DNA of 64,000 bases from Rhizomicrobium sp. (GCA_035524575.1 DATKON010000132.1:4643-68642), one strand, 5' to 3'. Numbered from the stretch's first letter, positions 24,122 through 34,137 are shown. Translations and numbers: made by a program. The notes: generated by a model not told the origin, from the sequence alone.

Positions 24122-25236
24122 GCTGCGGCTTCCGCGTCGAGGGCGCGAAGGCCCAGGTCTTCGAGCCGGGCATCGAGCACGGCGCCCGAAAACTGATCGG
24201 CCAGCGCCAGCGCTTCCACCAGATCGACGGTCTGTGTGCGTCCGTCGACAAGCTTGAGCGCACAGAGATTCGCTTTGGCGAAGCGGGCATGGGTCAATCG
24301 CGCGCCGCGGAAGGAGGCGGCTCGCAAATCGGAGTCGGAGAAATCCGCGTCCCGCAGATCGGCGCCCTCGAGACGCGCGCCCTGCATCTGGCAGCCTGCG
24401 AAGCTCACGCCGATGGCGATCGCATTGCGCGCGGAAAGCCCCGTCAGATGCCGGCCGGCGAGATAGGACTGGAGCGGTCGCAGATCCTCGCCATCGAAAT
24501 TGGCGGGTTTGCCCTCGCGACCATTGGTGCGGATCCAGGTGTAATGCACCTCAATCATCGCCTTGAGTTCTTCGGCGCGCGCCACCTTGTCGGCGGAAGG
24601 ATCGGTCACGGCGCCGACCAGCGCCTCCGCCGGAACTTTCAGGTTGGCGAGATTGACGCCCGTGAGCACCGCGTCCTTGAAGGTCACGTCGGCGAGCTTT
24701 GCGCCCTTGAAGTCGGCGCCCTGCATCATCGCGCCCGTGAAGTTCACGCCTTCGAGGCTGGCGCCGTTGAACGTGGCGCGCTTCATCGAACAGTTGCTGA
24801 AATCGACCCCGCTCACGCTGTTGCGCTGCAGGATCGGCTCGGCGCCGGGCCGCGACATGGTGGCGGATCTCAGATTGGCGTTGTCGAGATTGGCGCAGGA
24901 AAGATTGGCGCCGCGCAGCGAGGTGCCGCGCATGTCTGCCGATGCGAGGCATGCATGCCGCAGATCGGCGAGCCTCAAATCGGCGCAATAGAGATTGGCC
25001 CGCTCGAGATTGGTGCGCGCAAGGACGGCGCTCCTGAGCGTGGCGCCGGACAGATCGATGTCAGAGAGGTTGCGCTGCGCGAAATTGAGCTTGGAGAGAT
25101 CCATCGCGGTCAGCTGCGCAAGCGCGCCGCCCGCCTTGTGGAGCAGGAAACGCTCATGCGCGAGCAGGATTGCGTTCAGTTCCTGCTGCGTGCGGACGCT
25201 CCGACCTGCTTTCAGCAGGTTGCCGGACATCTCCAC
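24118..25236 (-). CDS. Pentapeptide-repeat protein (372 aa)
   Basis: There are long runs of A(D/N)LxX pentads (ANLYCADLRLADLRHACLASADMRGTSLRGANLSCANLDNANLRSA...). The stop codon overlaps the cpdR stop (convergent, 4 bp). Confidence 0.85.
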   Translation of the reverse strand: MEMSGNLLKAGRSVRTQQELNAILLAHERFLLHKAGGALAQLTAMDLSKLNFAQRNLSDIDLSGATLRSAVLARTNLERANLYCADLRLADLRHACLASADMRGTSLRGANLSCANLDNANLRSATMSRPGAEPILQRNSVSGVDFSNCSMKRATFNGASLEGVNFTGAMMQGADFKGAKLADVTFKDAVLTGVNLANLKVPAEALVGAVTDPSADKVARAEELKAMIEVHYTWIRTNGREGKPANFDGEDLRPLQSYLAGRHLTGLSARNAIAIGVSFAGCQMQGARLEGADLRDADFSDSDLRAASFRGARLTHARFAKANLCALKLVDGRTQTVDLVEALALADQFSGAVLDARLEDLGLRALDAEAAA

Positions 25237-25398
25237 CTGTTGCTCCCCGCGATCCTGAAAGCCCCTGGAAAGGGAAGAATACGCGGCGAGGCTCTAACTG
25301 AGGATTAATCGATGCCGGAGCAGTGGGCAAAAGCGATTCAAGACCGCGTTAAGGGCCTTAAGATTTGGGTAACCTGCCCGGTCGCCTCCCTGACGGCG

Positions 25399-25427
25399 CT
25401 TGCCCCTCTGGGCTCGCCCGGCTATAT
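25399..25427 (+). promoter_or_regulatory. Candidate promoter of tRNA-Val, CTTGCC-N17-CTATAT
   Basis: It matches the alphaproteobacterial housekeeping consensus CTTGAC-N17-CTATAT. The -10 element ends 16 nt before the mature tRNA 5' end. Confidence 0.45.
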
Positions 25428-25443
25428 CGGCCGTCCCGTTGGC

Positions 25444-25518
<75 letters not shown>

Positions 25519-25874
25519 CTCCCTTCCCTATGTATCAAGCCCCGGCGCGATCTGTTTGTTGCCCGGCGCCCTTATCTGACGACGTGAGCCCGCTTTCTGC
25601 TCGCAAGGCGCTGTCGAATAATTCGGGCCCTGCCGCTTGGCGAACAGTTGGACCAACATCGCGGAACGCGCTTGGGTTCGCGCCGGGTTTCGCCATGCCC
25701 GCCGCATGGGGAGCGAACTGTGAACCGCGCACAGTAGCGGCCGCAGCGTATGTACGGTCCCCCTGCAACCCTCAATTGATGTTGCGCTGCTCCAATCCGG
25801 GACAATTTGTGCAACGTGGCGGGAGCCACCCGCCGTGCGTTGCGTTTGCGTCAGGCAAAGCTGGAGTGGACGGC

Positions 25875-26117
25875 ATGGACGACGAACAACGCATACGCGA
25901 ACGGGCCCACGCGATCTGGGAAGCGGAAGGACGCCCGGACGGGTGCGAAAAGGAACATTGGCAGAGAGCCTGTCATGAACTCGGCGTCAGTGTTGTCGCG
26001 GGCGACGGCGCCGGGCCAAGTCTCGGCAGCAGTCCGGTTACACCCATCTCCGGCCATCAGGCGCAGGAAGAACCGCCTTATGCGGGGATCGGCCCCACGG
26101 GCGAACATAGCGGCTGA
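25875..26117 (+). CDS. DUF2934-like small protein (80 aa)
   Basis: The in-frame ATG at 25875 gives MDDEQRIRERAHAIWEAEGRPDGCEKEHWQRA, which is the DUF2934 signature as I recall it. Confidence 0.6.
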   Translation: MDDEQRIRERAHAIWEAEGRPDGCEKEHWQRACHELGVSVVAGDGAGPSLGSSPVTPISGHQAQEEPPYAGIGPTGEHSG

Positions 26118-26401
26118 TACCGGTCAGCGGCGACCGCTCCTGAAAGCATGGCTGTGAATCCGCCGTAATCTTTTGAGAAGCCTCGCGTTTCCGGGACGGC
26201 GGGCCCGCTCCGTCGGTGCAGAGGCGGCAATCAGGCGTCGCCTCTGAGTTCAAAGAACGGCGAAGTTCTATCGCATGCGTTTTTCGCAGTGCGCGCCGTC
26301 GACAGGCGCACATTCGCGTGAATTCCCGCCCGTACTTTGCGTGTGATAACGTCTCCCTCCTGCCGCCGACACATCAGCACAAAGTTGAGGGGAAGAGTTC
26401 C

Positions 26402-28516
26402 ATGCACCGCATCCGCATGTTCTGCCTGAGCACTGCCGTTCTTGCATTTGCATCCGCCGCATTGGCCTCGCCGGCCGACCTCCTGCAGCAGAGCACGCTG
26501 CCGTTCCAGGCGCCGCCGTTCGACCGGATCAAGGACGCCGATTTCGGGCCTGCCTTCGACGAGGCGATGGCGAAGGGTCTGCAGGAATTCGATGCGATCG
26601 CCAACAATCCCGCGCCGCCGACATTCGAGAACACGGTGGTGGCGATGGAGAAGTCAGACCAGGCGCTCAACCGCGTGCAGCTGGTGTTCTCGACGCTGAC
26701 CGGCGCGAACACGGACGACGCGCTGCAAAAGGTCGAAGCAAGCGAAGCGCCGAAGCTCGCGGCGCATCAGGACGCGATTTTCCTCAATCCGAAGCTGTTT
26801 GCGCGCGTCGATGCGGTTTACCAGAAGCGCGACAGCCTCCATCTCGATCCGGAGTCGCGGCAGCTTCTCGATGTCTACTACCGGCAGTTTGTTCATGCGG
26901 GCGCCAAGCTGTCTGAGGCCGACAAGGCGAAGCTCAAGGACCTCAACAAGCAGATCTCGACACTCGAGACGGCGTTCGAGCAGAAGCTTCTCGCGGCCGC
27001 CAAGGACGGCGCACTGGTCATCGACAACAAGGCCGATCTTGCCGGGCTCAGCGATGACGCGATCGCCGCCGCGGCCAAGACGGCCGAAGGGCGCGGCCTC
27101 AAGGGCAAATGGGTGATTCCGCTGCAGAACACGACGCAGCAACCCGCGCTGCAGTCGCTCGCCAACCGCGACGTCCGCGAAAGGCTCTTCCACAATTCGT
27201 GGACGCGCGCCGAGAGGGGCGACGCCAACGACACGCGCGCCACCATCTCCACGCTCGCCAACCTGCGCGCCATCAAGGCGAAGCTTATCGGCTATCCGAA
27301 CTACGCGGCCTATGTTCTCGAGGACCAGATGGCCAAGACGCCGGAGGCGGTCGAGAAATTCCTCGCACAGCTCATCCCGCCGACGGCCGCCGAGTCGCGC
27401 CGCGAAGCGAAGATCGTCCAGGCCCAGATCGACAAGGACGGCCAGCACTTCCAGCTGAAGCCATGGGATTGGGAGCGTTATGCGGAAGAAGTGCGCAAGG
27501 CCCAGTACGATCTCGACGAAGACGAGATCAAACCCTATTTCGAGGTGAACAACGTACTCGAGAAGGGTGTGTTTTACGCCGCGAACCAGCTCTACGGCGT
27601 GACGTTCAAGGAGCGTCACGATCTGCCGGTCTGGCATCCCGACGTGCGCGTGTTCACCGTCTACGACAAGGACGGCTCGGAGCTCGGTCTTGCCTATTTC
27701 GATTATTTCAAGCGCGACAACAAGCAGGGCGGCGCCTGGATGAGCAATCTCGTTGGCCAGTCGACGCTGCTCGGCACCAAGCCGGTGATCTACAACGTGG
27801 CGAACTTCACGAAACCCGCGCCCGGCAAGCCCGCGCTGATCAGTTTTGATGACGTGACGACCATGTTCCACGAGTTCGGTCACGGATTGCACGGCCTCTT
27901 CGCGAAAGAAAAATATCCGACGCTTTCGGGCACCAACGTGGCGCGCGATTTCGTCGAGTTTCCCTCGCAGTTCAACGAGCACTGGGCGCTCTATCCCGAC
28001 GTGCTGAAGCACTATGCGAAGAACTACAAGACCGGCGCGCCGATGCCGGACGCGCTCGTGGCCAAGATCAAGAAGGCGGCGACCTTCAATCAGGGCTACA
28101 TGTTCGGGGAGCTCCTGGCCGCCGACAAACTCGATATGAGCTGGCATGAGTTGACCGCGGACGCGCCGAAGCAGGATGTCGACCAGTTCGAACAGAAGGC
28201 GCTCGCCTCGACCGGCCTCGACGTCGACGACGTGCCGCCGCGCTATCGTACGAGCTACTTCCTGCATATCTGGAGCAACGGCTACGCCGCCGGCTATTAC
28301 GCCTATACCTGGACCGAAATGCTGGACGACGACGCGTATCACTGGTTCGCGACGCATGGCGGCATGACGCGCGCCAACGGCCAGCGCTTCCGCGACCTGA
28401 TCCTGTCGCGCGGCCACACGATGGACTATGGCGAGATGTTCCGCGCCTTCTTCGGACGCGATCCCGACATTACGCCGCTGCTCGCCCATCGCGGACTTGT
28501 ACCCGGCGCTGACTGA
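26402..28516 (+). CDS. dcp: Peptidyl-dipeptidase Dcp (M3 family zinc metallopeptidase), secreted/periplasmic
   Basis: The start was moved to MHRIRMFCLSTAVLAFASAALA (signal peptide). The HEFGHGLH zinc motif is present, with M3A-like length and flanking motifs. Confidence 0.85.
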   Translation: MHRIRMFCLSTAVLAFASAALASPADLLQQSTLPFQAPPFDRIKDADFGPAFDEAMAKGLQEFDAIANNPAPPTFENTVVAMEKSDQALNRVQLVFSTLTGANTDDALQKVEASEAPKLAAHQDAIFLNPKLFARVDAVYQKRDSLHLDPESRQLLDVYYRQFVHAGAKLSEADKAKLKDLNKQISTLETAFEQKLLAAAKDGALVIDNKADLAGLSDDAIAAAAKTAEGRGLKGKWVIPLQNTTQQPALQSLANRDVRERLFHNSWTRAERGDANDTRATISTLANLRAIKAKLIGYPNYAAYVLEDQMAKTPEAVEKFLAQLIPPTAAESRREAKIVQAQIDKDGQHFQLKPWDWERYAEEVRKAQYDLDEDEIKPYFEVNNVLEKGVFYAANQLYGVTFKERHDLPVWHPDVRVFTVYDKDGSELGLAYFDYFKRDNKQGGAWMSNLVGQSTLLGTKPVIYNVANFTKPAPGKPALISFDDVTTMFHEFGHGLHGLFAKEKYPTLSGTNVARDFVEFPSQFNEHWALYPDVLKHYAKNYKTGAPMPDALVAKIKKAATFNQGYMFGELLAADKLDMSWHELTADAPKQDVDQFEQKALASTGLDVDDVPPRYRTSYFLHIWSNGYAAGYYAYTWTEMLDDDAYHWFATHGGMTRANGQRFRDLILSRGHTMDYGEMFRAFFGRDPDITPLLAHRGLVPGAD

Positions 28517-28525
28517 TATCGGCGG

Positions 28526-29005
28526 ATGAAGCTCTATCTCGCAAGCCCTCTCGGATTTTCCGAGGCGGGACGGCACTTCTACAGCGAGGTGTTGATCCCG
28601 CGGCTTGCGGCCTGCGGCTGCGCGATTCTCGATCCCTGGACGCTGACGGACGCGGCGAAGGTCAAGGCCGTGACGGAGATGCCGTATGGTGCGGGACGGC
28701 GCGACGCCTGGCGGACGCTCAGCAGTGAGATCGGCCGCAACAACGCCGAGGCCATCGCTGCCTGCGAGGTGCTTCTCGCGGTACTCGACGGCTCAGACGT
28801 CGACAGCGGGACAGCGGCCGAAATCGGGTTCGCCTTCGCGCTGAAGAAACGGATTGTCGGCTACCGCAGCGATTTCCGGCTTGCCGGCGACAATGAAGGC
28901 TCGGTCGTCAATCTGCAGGTCGAGTATTTCATCCGCGAAAGCGGCGGGACGATCGTCAGCGATCTCGAAGCGATCCCGGCCGCGCTCGGCGCATGCAGAT
29001 CATAA
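28526..29005 (+). CDS. Nucleoside 2-deoxyribosyltransferase-like family protein
   Basis: 159 aa. MKLYLASPLGFSEAGR ... VLLAVLDGSDVDSGTAAEIGFAFA has the Rossmann-like NDT/SLOG-type pattern with the conserved acidic residue in GTAAEIG. Confidence 0.7.
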   Translation: MKLYLASPLGFSEAGRHFYSEVLIPRLAACGCAILDPWTLTDAAKVKAVTEMPYGAGRRDAWRTLSSEIGRNNAEAIAACEVLLAVLDGSDVDSGTAAEIGFAFALKKRIVGYRSDFRLAGDNEGSVVNLQVEYFIRESGGTIVSDLEAIPAALGACRS

Positions 29006-29710
29006 GACGGGCGGCGCAGATGTCGTTTCCGCCATGACGGCGAAGCCGTCGCGGGGCGACGCGTCGCCGGCGACGAGCCTGCGGCCCAGCGCGACAGCGA
29101 CAGACACAAGCGGAACCGTCAGCGTCGAGATCACGATCTTGACGGCATATTGTCCGGCGACCAGCGGCAGAAGCGATGTGACGCCCGCGAAGGCGATGGT
29201 CACGAAGAGTGCGGTGTCGATCATCTGCCCGAAGATCAGGCTGAACCAGGCGCGCGCAGCAACCGAAGCGCCGATGCCGCCGACGCGCTTCAGCAGAAGA
29301 AACGACCACACGTCGAGCCGCTGGCTGATCACATAGGCGATCCATCCCGCCAGCCAGATCCGCCAGGACATCGAGAGCACGATCGAAAATGCATCCTGGA
29401 CAATTCCGCCCGGACCGCGCAGCACGGCGGCTGTCTCCATATAGGCCGCTGCCAGCACCATGCTCACGAGGCCCATCGTGATGACGAATTTGGAGACGGC
29501 CGGGCCGTAAAGCTCCGCCAGCGTATCGAGGATGACGAAGGTGAGCGTGTAGCTGAGGACGGTGGCGCTGGCCGACAGATGAAAGGGCAGCGCCACGAGC
29601 TTGGCGCCCGCGACCATGCTGGTCACGAGAAGCGCGGCGTGCAGGGACGAAAGGCAAATGAGAACCGCCAGAGGCCGCGAAAGAAGGGTAGGCCGCGCGG
29701 CATCAGACAT
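29000..29710 (-). CDS. yhhQ: YhhQ/VUT-family queuosine-precursor transporter
   Basis: 236 aa polytopic protein. Motifs: SYTLTFVILDTLAELYG, ISQRLDVWSF, FSLIFGQMIDTALF. Its stop overlaps the convergent NDT-like gene by 6 bp. Confidence 0.8.
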   Translation of the reverse strand: MSDAARPTLLSRPLAVLICLSSLHAALLVTSMVAGAKLVALPFHLSASATVLSYTLTFVILDTLAELYGPAVSKFVITMGLVSMVLAAAYMETAAVLRGPGGIVQDAFSIVLSMSWRIWLAGWIAYVISQRLDVWSFLLLKRVGGIGASVAARAWFSLIFGQMIDTALFVTIAFAGVTSLLPLVAGQYAVKIVISTLTVPLVSVAVALGRRLVAGDASPRDGFAVMAETTSAPPVL

Positions 29711-29838
29711 CGCAATCCACGCCGACGCCGCATCCAGTCATGACATCGCCCCGAAAGCCCCGCCGACGATTGCAGGAGGAGCGCGTCCCGGCAAGGCGAT
29801 CCGGGAAGGGAGGTTCCCGGATGCCCGTCGGGTTTGGA

Positions 29839-30537
29839 TCAGTTCGGACGATGGCCCGCGAGGATGGTGCCCGAGTCGTCGCCGTCCGCATTGGCAAGCG
29901 ACACCCATTGCAATGGATTTGATGCCGACTGGCGCTCGAGCCAACGGTAGCGCGTGTCCGCCCAGGGGCGGATTTCCGGCGTCAGGCTGTCCATCACCAG
30001 CACGCCTTTGTCGGTGTCGACAGTCAGGACCGCATGCAGTTCGTCGCGCGGCGTGCGCACGATCGCAATGCGCAATGCCTGGTCGGGAAGGCCGGCGGCG
30101 CGCAGCGCCTCGCGCTTGGCGAGCGCATAGTCCTTGCAGTCGCCATGGCCGCCGTCCGTCAGCAGCGTCCACTGGTTGGCGATGCCGTAATGTTCAGTAT
30201 CAGACTCATAAATGATGGCGTCGTTGACCTTGGCATTGACCGCGACGAGCGTGGCCGCCACGCGATCATCCACCACGACTTTGGTTGCCGCCGGCGCACC
30301 GCGATTGGTGCAGGCCTCCGGCGAACGCATGCAGAAGCCGACAAAGCCCGCCGGCGGCAGCGTATGCGAGCCGTCGACGATCGGCGACGCCGATTGATAG
30401 GCGACCTTGGTCGCCGACTGGAGTTCGTCCGCATTCGTCGGAAGTTCGCCGCAAGCGCCCAAACCCAATGCTGCAGCGACAGCAATATGCGCGATGATCT
30501 TCGACACGACACGCCCCGTGAATACGCCCGGGTGCAT
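29839..30537 (-). CDS. Transglutaminase-like cysteine peptidase (BTLCP/LapG-like, COG3672-type), secreted
   Basis: It has a signal/anchor segment and the motifs GDCKDYALAKREAL and DELHAVLTVDTDKGVLVMD (a Cys-His-Asp triad pattern). Confidence 0.75.
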   Translation of the reverse strand: MHPGVFTGRVVSKIIAHIAVAAALGLGACGELPTNADELQSATKVAYQSASPIVDGSHTLPPAGFVGFCMRSPEACTNRGAPAATKVVVDDRVAATLVAVNAKVNDAIIYESDTEHYGIANQWTLLTDGGHGDCKDYALAKREALRAAGLPDQALRIAIVRTPRDELHAVLTVDTDKGVLVMDSLTPEIRPWADTRYRWLERQSASNPLQWVSLANADGDDSGTILAGHRPN

Positions 30538-30774
30538 GTCTAACCTCGCCCCAATTGCACCGGCGTTAGACGGCGTTGGGGGCTTTGACTCAAAATCGGC
30601 TAAAATTTTACGGGGTCGCGTGACTTGCGGATTTTGCTGGTAAAATGGCTCCGCGAATCATCGAAGAATTTTCTGCAGTTTTTTTGAGGGGCGTGCCGCG
30701 AGTCCGCGGAGCATTAACGGGGCCTTAGCGTTTCATCAACAAATTGGGCGCGCCGGCAAAGGAATGCGCATGCG

Positions 30775-31038
30775 ATGACACTGCCGCAGAAAAAGGCTCA
30801 GGCTGAATCGTCGGCTCCCGCATTTCTCGGTCGGGAAAAGTGGGACGACGACGATCGGGGGCCCGCCAATGCCATCATCGCCAAACTCACCGCGGCCATC
30901 GCCGACCAGAACGCCGCCAACCATACCCTCGCCGTTCCCAAGAGCCGTAGCTTCCGATTGCGGCCGCTGATCGCCCTCGCGCTGGGCTCCGCCACCGTCT
31001 GGGTGGTCGTCGTTTTGGCAATCCTGTCACTGATTTAG
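30775..31038 (+). CDS. Hypothetical small tail-anchored membrane protein (87 aa)
   Basis: The only evidence is the ORF plus a C-terminal hydrophobic helix (LIALALGSATVWVVVVLAILSLI) in an otherwise gene-free 700-bp gap upstream of the EPS locus. Confidence 0.3.
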   Translation: MTLPQKKAQAESSAPAFLGREKWDDDDRGPANAIIAKLTAAIADQNAANHTLAVPKSRSFRLRPLIALALGSATVWVVVVLAILSLI

Positions 31039-31240
31039 CGCGCACCACTAACCATTGTGATCCTTGTGCCTTGTGCGGTGCGGCAGCATTCCGCTAAAGT
31101 AAATTATCCGTTCAGCATCTAATGGTGCGGGGTTTAACGGCGGACCGGCAGCTATATGTCGCCGGCCGAAACGGGGTCGGGTAACTCCGGAGCAGAGACA
31201 ATTTCATCAATAGACATTCGTCCTGCGGTGGGAATGGGGA

Positions 31241-32719
31241 ATGGGGTATATCGGGAGTAGCGAGGGGTCCGGCGACGGCGTGCGCATTCCGCTCGGCGCG
31301 GTGGCGCGTCCGTCCGGTCTCGACCTCTCCGCCGACGAGGCAGTGGCGCTGCCGGCCCTGCTGATCGACGGACTGATCATCTTCCTGCTCGGCGCCATCA
31401 CCGGCACGTCCTATCAGCTCCTCGCCTTTCACAATTTCGGGACGCCGAGCATCTATGCCGGCACCGGCTTGATCGTCGCAGTCATCTTCTGCGGCGCCAC
31501 CCGGCTGATGCGCAGCGCCCAGAACATTGCGGCGTCCCGCGACATCGGCCGCGCGCGCGCGGCCATCACCGCCTGGTTCGGCACGTTTCTGCTTTTGATC
31601 GTCGTCGCCTTTTCGCTCCGGATCGGGACCGTATTTTCCCGCGGTGCCATCTTCAGCTTTTTTCTGATCGGCATGCCTGCCGTAATTGCGTCGCGGATTT
31701 ACGTGCCGCGTATTCTCGCCCGCACGATTTACGCCAGCACCTATCGCGGCAGCGAAATCATTGTCGCGGCCGCGCGCGGCTGCCCCATCCTGCCGCAGAT
31801 TTCCCATGAGCTTCGCTCGCGCGGCTGCGCCGGCGTCCACACGATCGAGTTCGATGCGGAATGCGCGAATATCGATTGGCCGGGCGAGCGGCAAAAGCTG
31901 CTCAAGCGGCTTCTCGATACGGCGCGCATTGCCGGGCCGGGCGAGATCTACATCCTCAGCGCATCGATTTCGCATGAGCGCGTCGTGAGCATCCAGTCGG
32001 GTTTGCGGCTGGTACCCCGCGCCGTCTATGTCGTACCGACAGAGGCGGTCGCGAGCCTGTTCGGGCTGCCGGTGCGCCGGGTCGGGCCGTCCGTGGCCAT
32101 CGAGACCCAACGCCTGCCGATGTCAGGCTTTTCGCGAGGCATCAAGCGCCTGATCGACATCGCCGTGGCCGGAACGGCGCTGCTGTTGCTGGCACCGGCG
32201 ATGCTGCTTATCGCGATCGCGATCAAGCTCGATTCAGCGGGGCCCGTCTTCTTCCGGCAGCGGCGCAACGGTTATCGCGGCCGCCCCTTCCGCATCGTCA
32301 AGTTCCGCACGATGAGCGTGCTCGAGGACGGCGAGGCGGTGACGCAGGCGCGCCGCGACGATCAACGCGTGACACGCGTCGGCCGCTGGCTGAGGAAGAC
32401 GAGCTTCGACGAGTTGCCGCAGCTCCTGAATATCCTGCGCGGAGAAATGTCGCTTGTGGGGCCGCGTCCGCATGCCGTCGCGCATGACGAGCTCTACGCG
32501 AAGCTGATCGAGAATTATGAGCTGCGACAGCATGTGAAGCCGGGCGTCACCGGCTGGGCGCAGGTCAACGGCTTGCGCGGCGAAACGCCGACGGTCGATC
32601 TGATGTTCCGCCGGATCGAGTTCGATCTCTGGTACGCGGCGAATTCGAGCGTGGCGCTCGACCTGCAGATTCTCGCGCGGACCCTTTTCACGGTGCTGCG
32701 CCAGGACAACGCCTATTAG
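31241..32719 (+). CDS. Polyprenyl-phosphate hexose-1-phosphate transferase (WbaP/ExoY-type priming sugar transferase)
   Basis: 492 aa with N-terminal TM segments and a C-terminal bacterial sugar-transferase domain (KRLIDIAVAGTALLLLAPAMLLIAIAIKLDS.GPVFFRQRR.G..G..F...KFRTM, RVGRWLRKTSFDELPQL.N.L.GEMSLVGPRP). Confidence 0.85.
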   Translation: MGYIGSSEGSGDGVRIPLGAVARPSGLDLSADEAVALPALLIDGLIIFLLGAITGTSYQLLAFHNFGTPSIYAGTGLIVAVIFCGATRLMRSAQNIAASRDIGRARAAITAWFGTFLLLIVVAFSLRIGTVFSRGAIFSFFLIGMPAVIASRIYVPRILARTIYASTYRGSEIIVAAARGCPILPQISHELRSRGCAGVHTIEFDAECANIDWPGERQKLLKRLLDTARIAGPGEIYILSASISHERVVSIQSGLRLVPRAVYVVPTEAVASLFGLPVRRVGPSVAIETQRLPMSGFSRGIKRLIDIAVAGTALLLLAPAMLLIAIAIKLDSAGPVFFRQRRNGYRGRPFRIVKFRTMSVLEDGEAVTQARRDDQRVTRVGRWLRKTSFDELPQLLNILRGEMSLVGPRPHAVAHDELYAKLIENYELRQHVKPGVTGWAQVNGLRGETPTVDLMFRRIEFDLWYAANSSVALDLQILARTLFTVLRQDNAY

Positions 32720-32730
32720 GCGCGCCCGCG

Positions 32731-33243
32731 CTATCTGAGCGCCAGCGAATCCAGGAATCTGCGTTGCCCCTGATCATCCAAATCATTGCGCCCGACCGTC
32801 TCCGCGATGAACGTCGCGGTCGCGCCGATACAGATGCGCGCGATGATGCGGTAGGGCTGCGCGCCGTCCCCCAGCTGGCCGTCGACCTGTCCGCAGGCGG
32901 GGCCGAGCTTCGGCAGGGGGCGGATTTCGGCGTGCTGCACGCCGAGGGCGTGCGCCATCTCGGTCATGCGGGCCGCGGCGGCCGCGGGCCGCAATGGTTT
33001 GCCGCCGCGTCCCGGCGCGTCGGCGATGCAGGCCGCCGAATAGCGAACACTGCCCTGCACGAGATCGGCCGCCACACTCTTGCCGCCGTCGGTGGCGGTC
33101 GATTGCGAGATGGTCGGCTGCCATGGAAAGGACACGGCATAGCTGCATAGCGAGGGCGCAAACACGGATGGTGGCGAGATTGCGCCTGTCTCCGCGGGCG
33201 CGGCGACCAGGGCTAACAATCCAGCAATCACCGGCAAGGACAT
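32731..33243 (-). CDS. Hypothetical secreted protein (170 aa)
   Basis: It has a signal peptide (MSLPVIAGLLALVAAPAETGA) and ordinary composition. I recognise no family. Confidence 0.45.
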   Translation of the reverse strand: MSLPVIAGLLALVAAPAETGAISPPSVFAPSLCSYAVSFPWQPTISQSTATDGGKSVAADLVQGSVRYSAACIADAPGRGGKPLRPAAAAARMTEMAHALGVQHAEIRPLPKLGPACGQVDGQLGDGAQPYRIIARICIGATATFIAETVGRNDLDDQGQRRFLDSLALR

Positions 33244-33331
33244 AGGTCGGCGCCGCCCCGCTTCACGGCGGTTTTACCGCTGTGCAGCATAGTGTAATTT
33301 GAAACAACAGAAGGACATACCGGCCCCCAGC

Positions 33332-34129
33332 ATGGCAATACAAGCCGAAGCCTCAACCCCGTCGCGCCGCGCGAAATGGCTCGCAGCGCTTGGCTTTGGG
33401 CCGAAGCGCGAGACGCGCGCGCCGGACGGTATGCGCATCTATACCGTCGGCGACATCCATGGCTGCGCCGCCGTGCTCGATCGGCTGCATGCGCGCATCG
33501 AAGCGGATGCGGAGAATTTCAGCGGCGAGAAAGTGATCGTCTATCTCGGCGACTATGTCGATCGCGGGCCCGACTCCCGGGGCGTTATCGAACGTCTGAT
33601 AGACGCAGTCCCCAAAGGCTTTTCGGCGCGCTACGTCAAAGGCAATCACGATCAGGCGCTGCTCGACTTTCTTGCGAATGCTGAAACCTATCGCGCCTGG
33701 CGCGGCTTCGGCGCGCCGGAAACACTTCTGAGCTACGGCGTGCGACCGCCGCTGTTCGACGACAGCGAAAAATTCGAGGAAGCGCGGCTGGCGCTCAAGG
33801 CGCAGTTGCCGGCTTCGCATCTCGCATTCCTGCGCGCGCTCGAATCCGTCATCGTGCTCGGAGACTATGCCTTCGTGCATGCGGGCATCCGGCCCGGCAC
33901 GAGCCTGGAAGATCAGACGGATGAAGATCTTCTCTGGATTCGTGACGAGTTTCTGAACTGCACGACACTTCATGAAAAGGTTGTCGTACACGGACATACC
34001 CCGATCTCCGCGCCGATCCGTCTGAAGAACCGCATCGGCGTCGATACTGGCGCTTACGCGACGGGAAAATTGTCCTGCGCCGTGCTGGAGGGGACGGAGT
34101 GCCGGTTTCTTCAGGCCGCGGCGGGTTGA
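33332..34129 (+). CDS. PPP-family (lambda/PrpA/ApaH-like) serine/threonine/tyrosine protein phosphatase (start uncertain: 33299 TTG, 33332 or 33431 ATG)
   Basis: Motifs: RIYTVGDIHGC, VYLGDYVDRGPDS, VKGNHD, and a later FVHAG and VVHGHTP. Confidence 0.8.
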   Translation: MAIQAEASTPSRRAKWLAALGFGPKRETRAPDGMRIYTVGDIHGCAAVLDRLHARIEADAENFSGEKVIVYLGDYVDRGPDSRGVIERLIDAVPKGFSARYVKGNHDQALLDFLANAETYRAWRGFGAPETLLSYGVRPPLFDDSEKFEEARLALKAQLPASHLAFLRALESVIVLGDYAFVHAGIRPGTSLEDQTDEDLLWIRDEFLNCTTLHEKVVVHGHTPISAPIRLKNRIGVDTGAYATGKLSCAVLEGTECRFLQAAAG

Positions 34130-34137
34130 GACGGCTG

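Noticed and set aside
23875-25308. 477-aa plus-strand ORF opposite the pentapeptide-repeat gene
   Set aside because: The complement of a pentapeptide repeat also looks periodic. However, it lacks a start context and overlaps cpdR out of frame, while the minus-strand frame gives canonical A(D/N)LxX pentads.
26654-28576. 640-aa minus-strand ORF opposite dcp
   Set aside because: It is a shadow ORF. The plus strand carries the M3 HEFGH zinc motif and a signal peptide.
29711-29838. preQ1 riboswitch expected upstream of yhhQ
   Set aside because: I could not recognise any preQ1-I, -II or -III consensus in the GC-rich 128-bp leader. An Infernal scan would be needed to exclude it formally.
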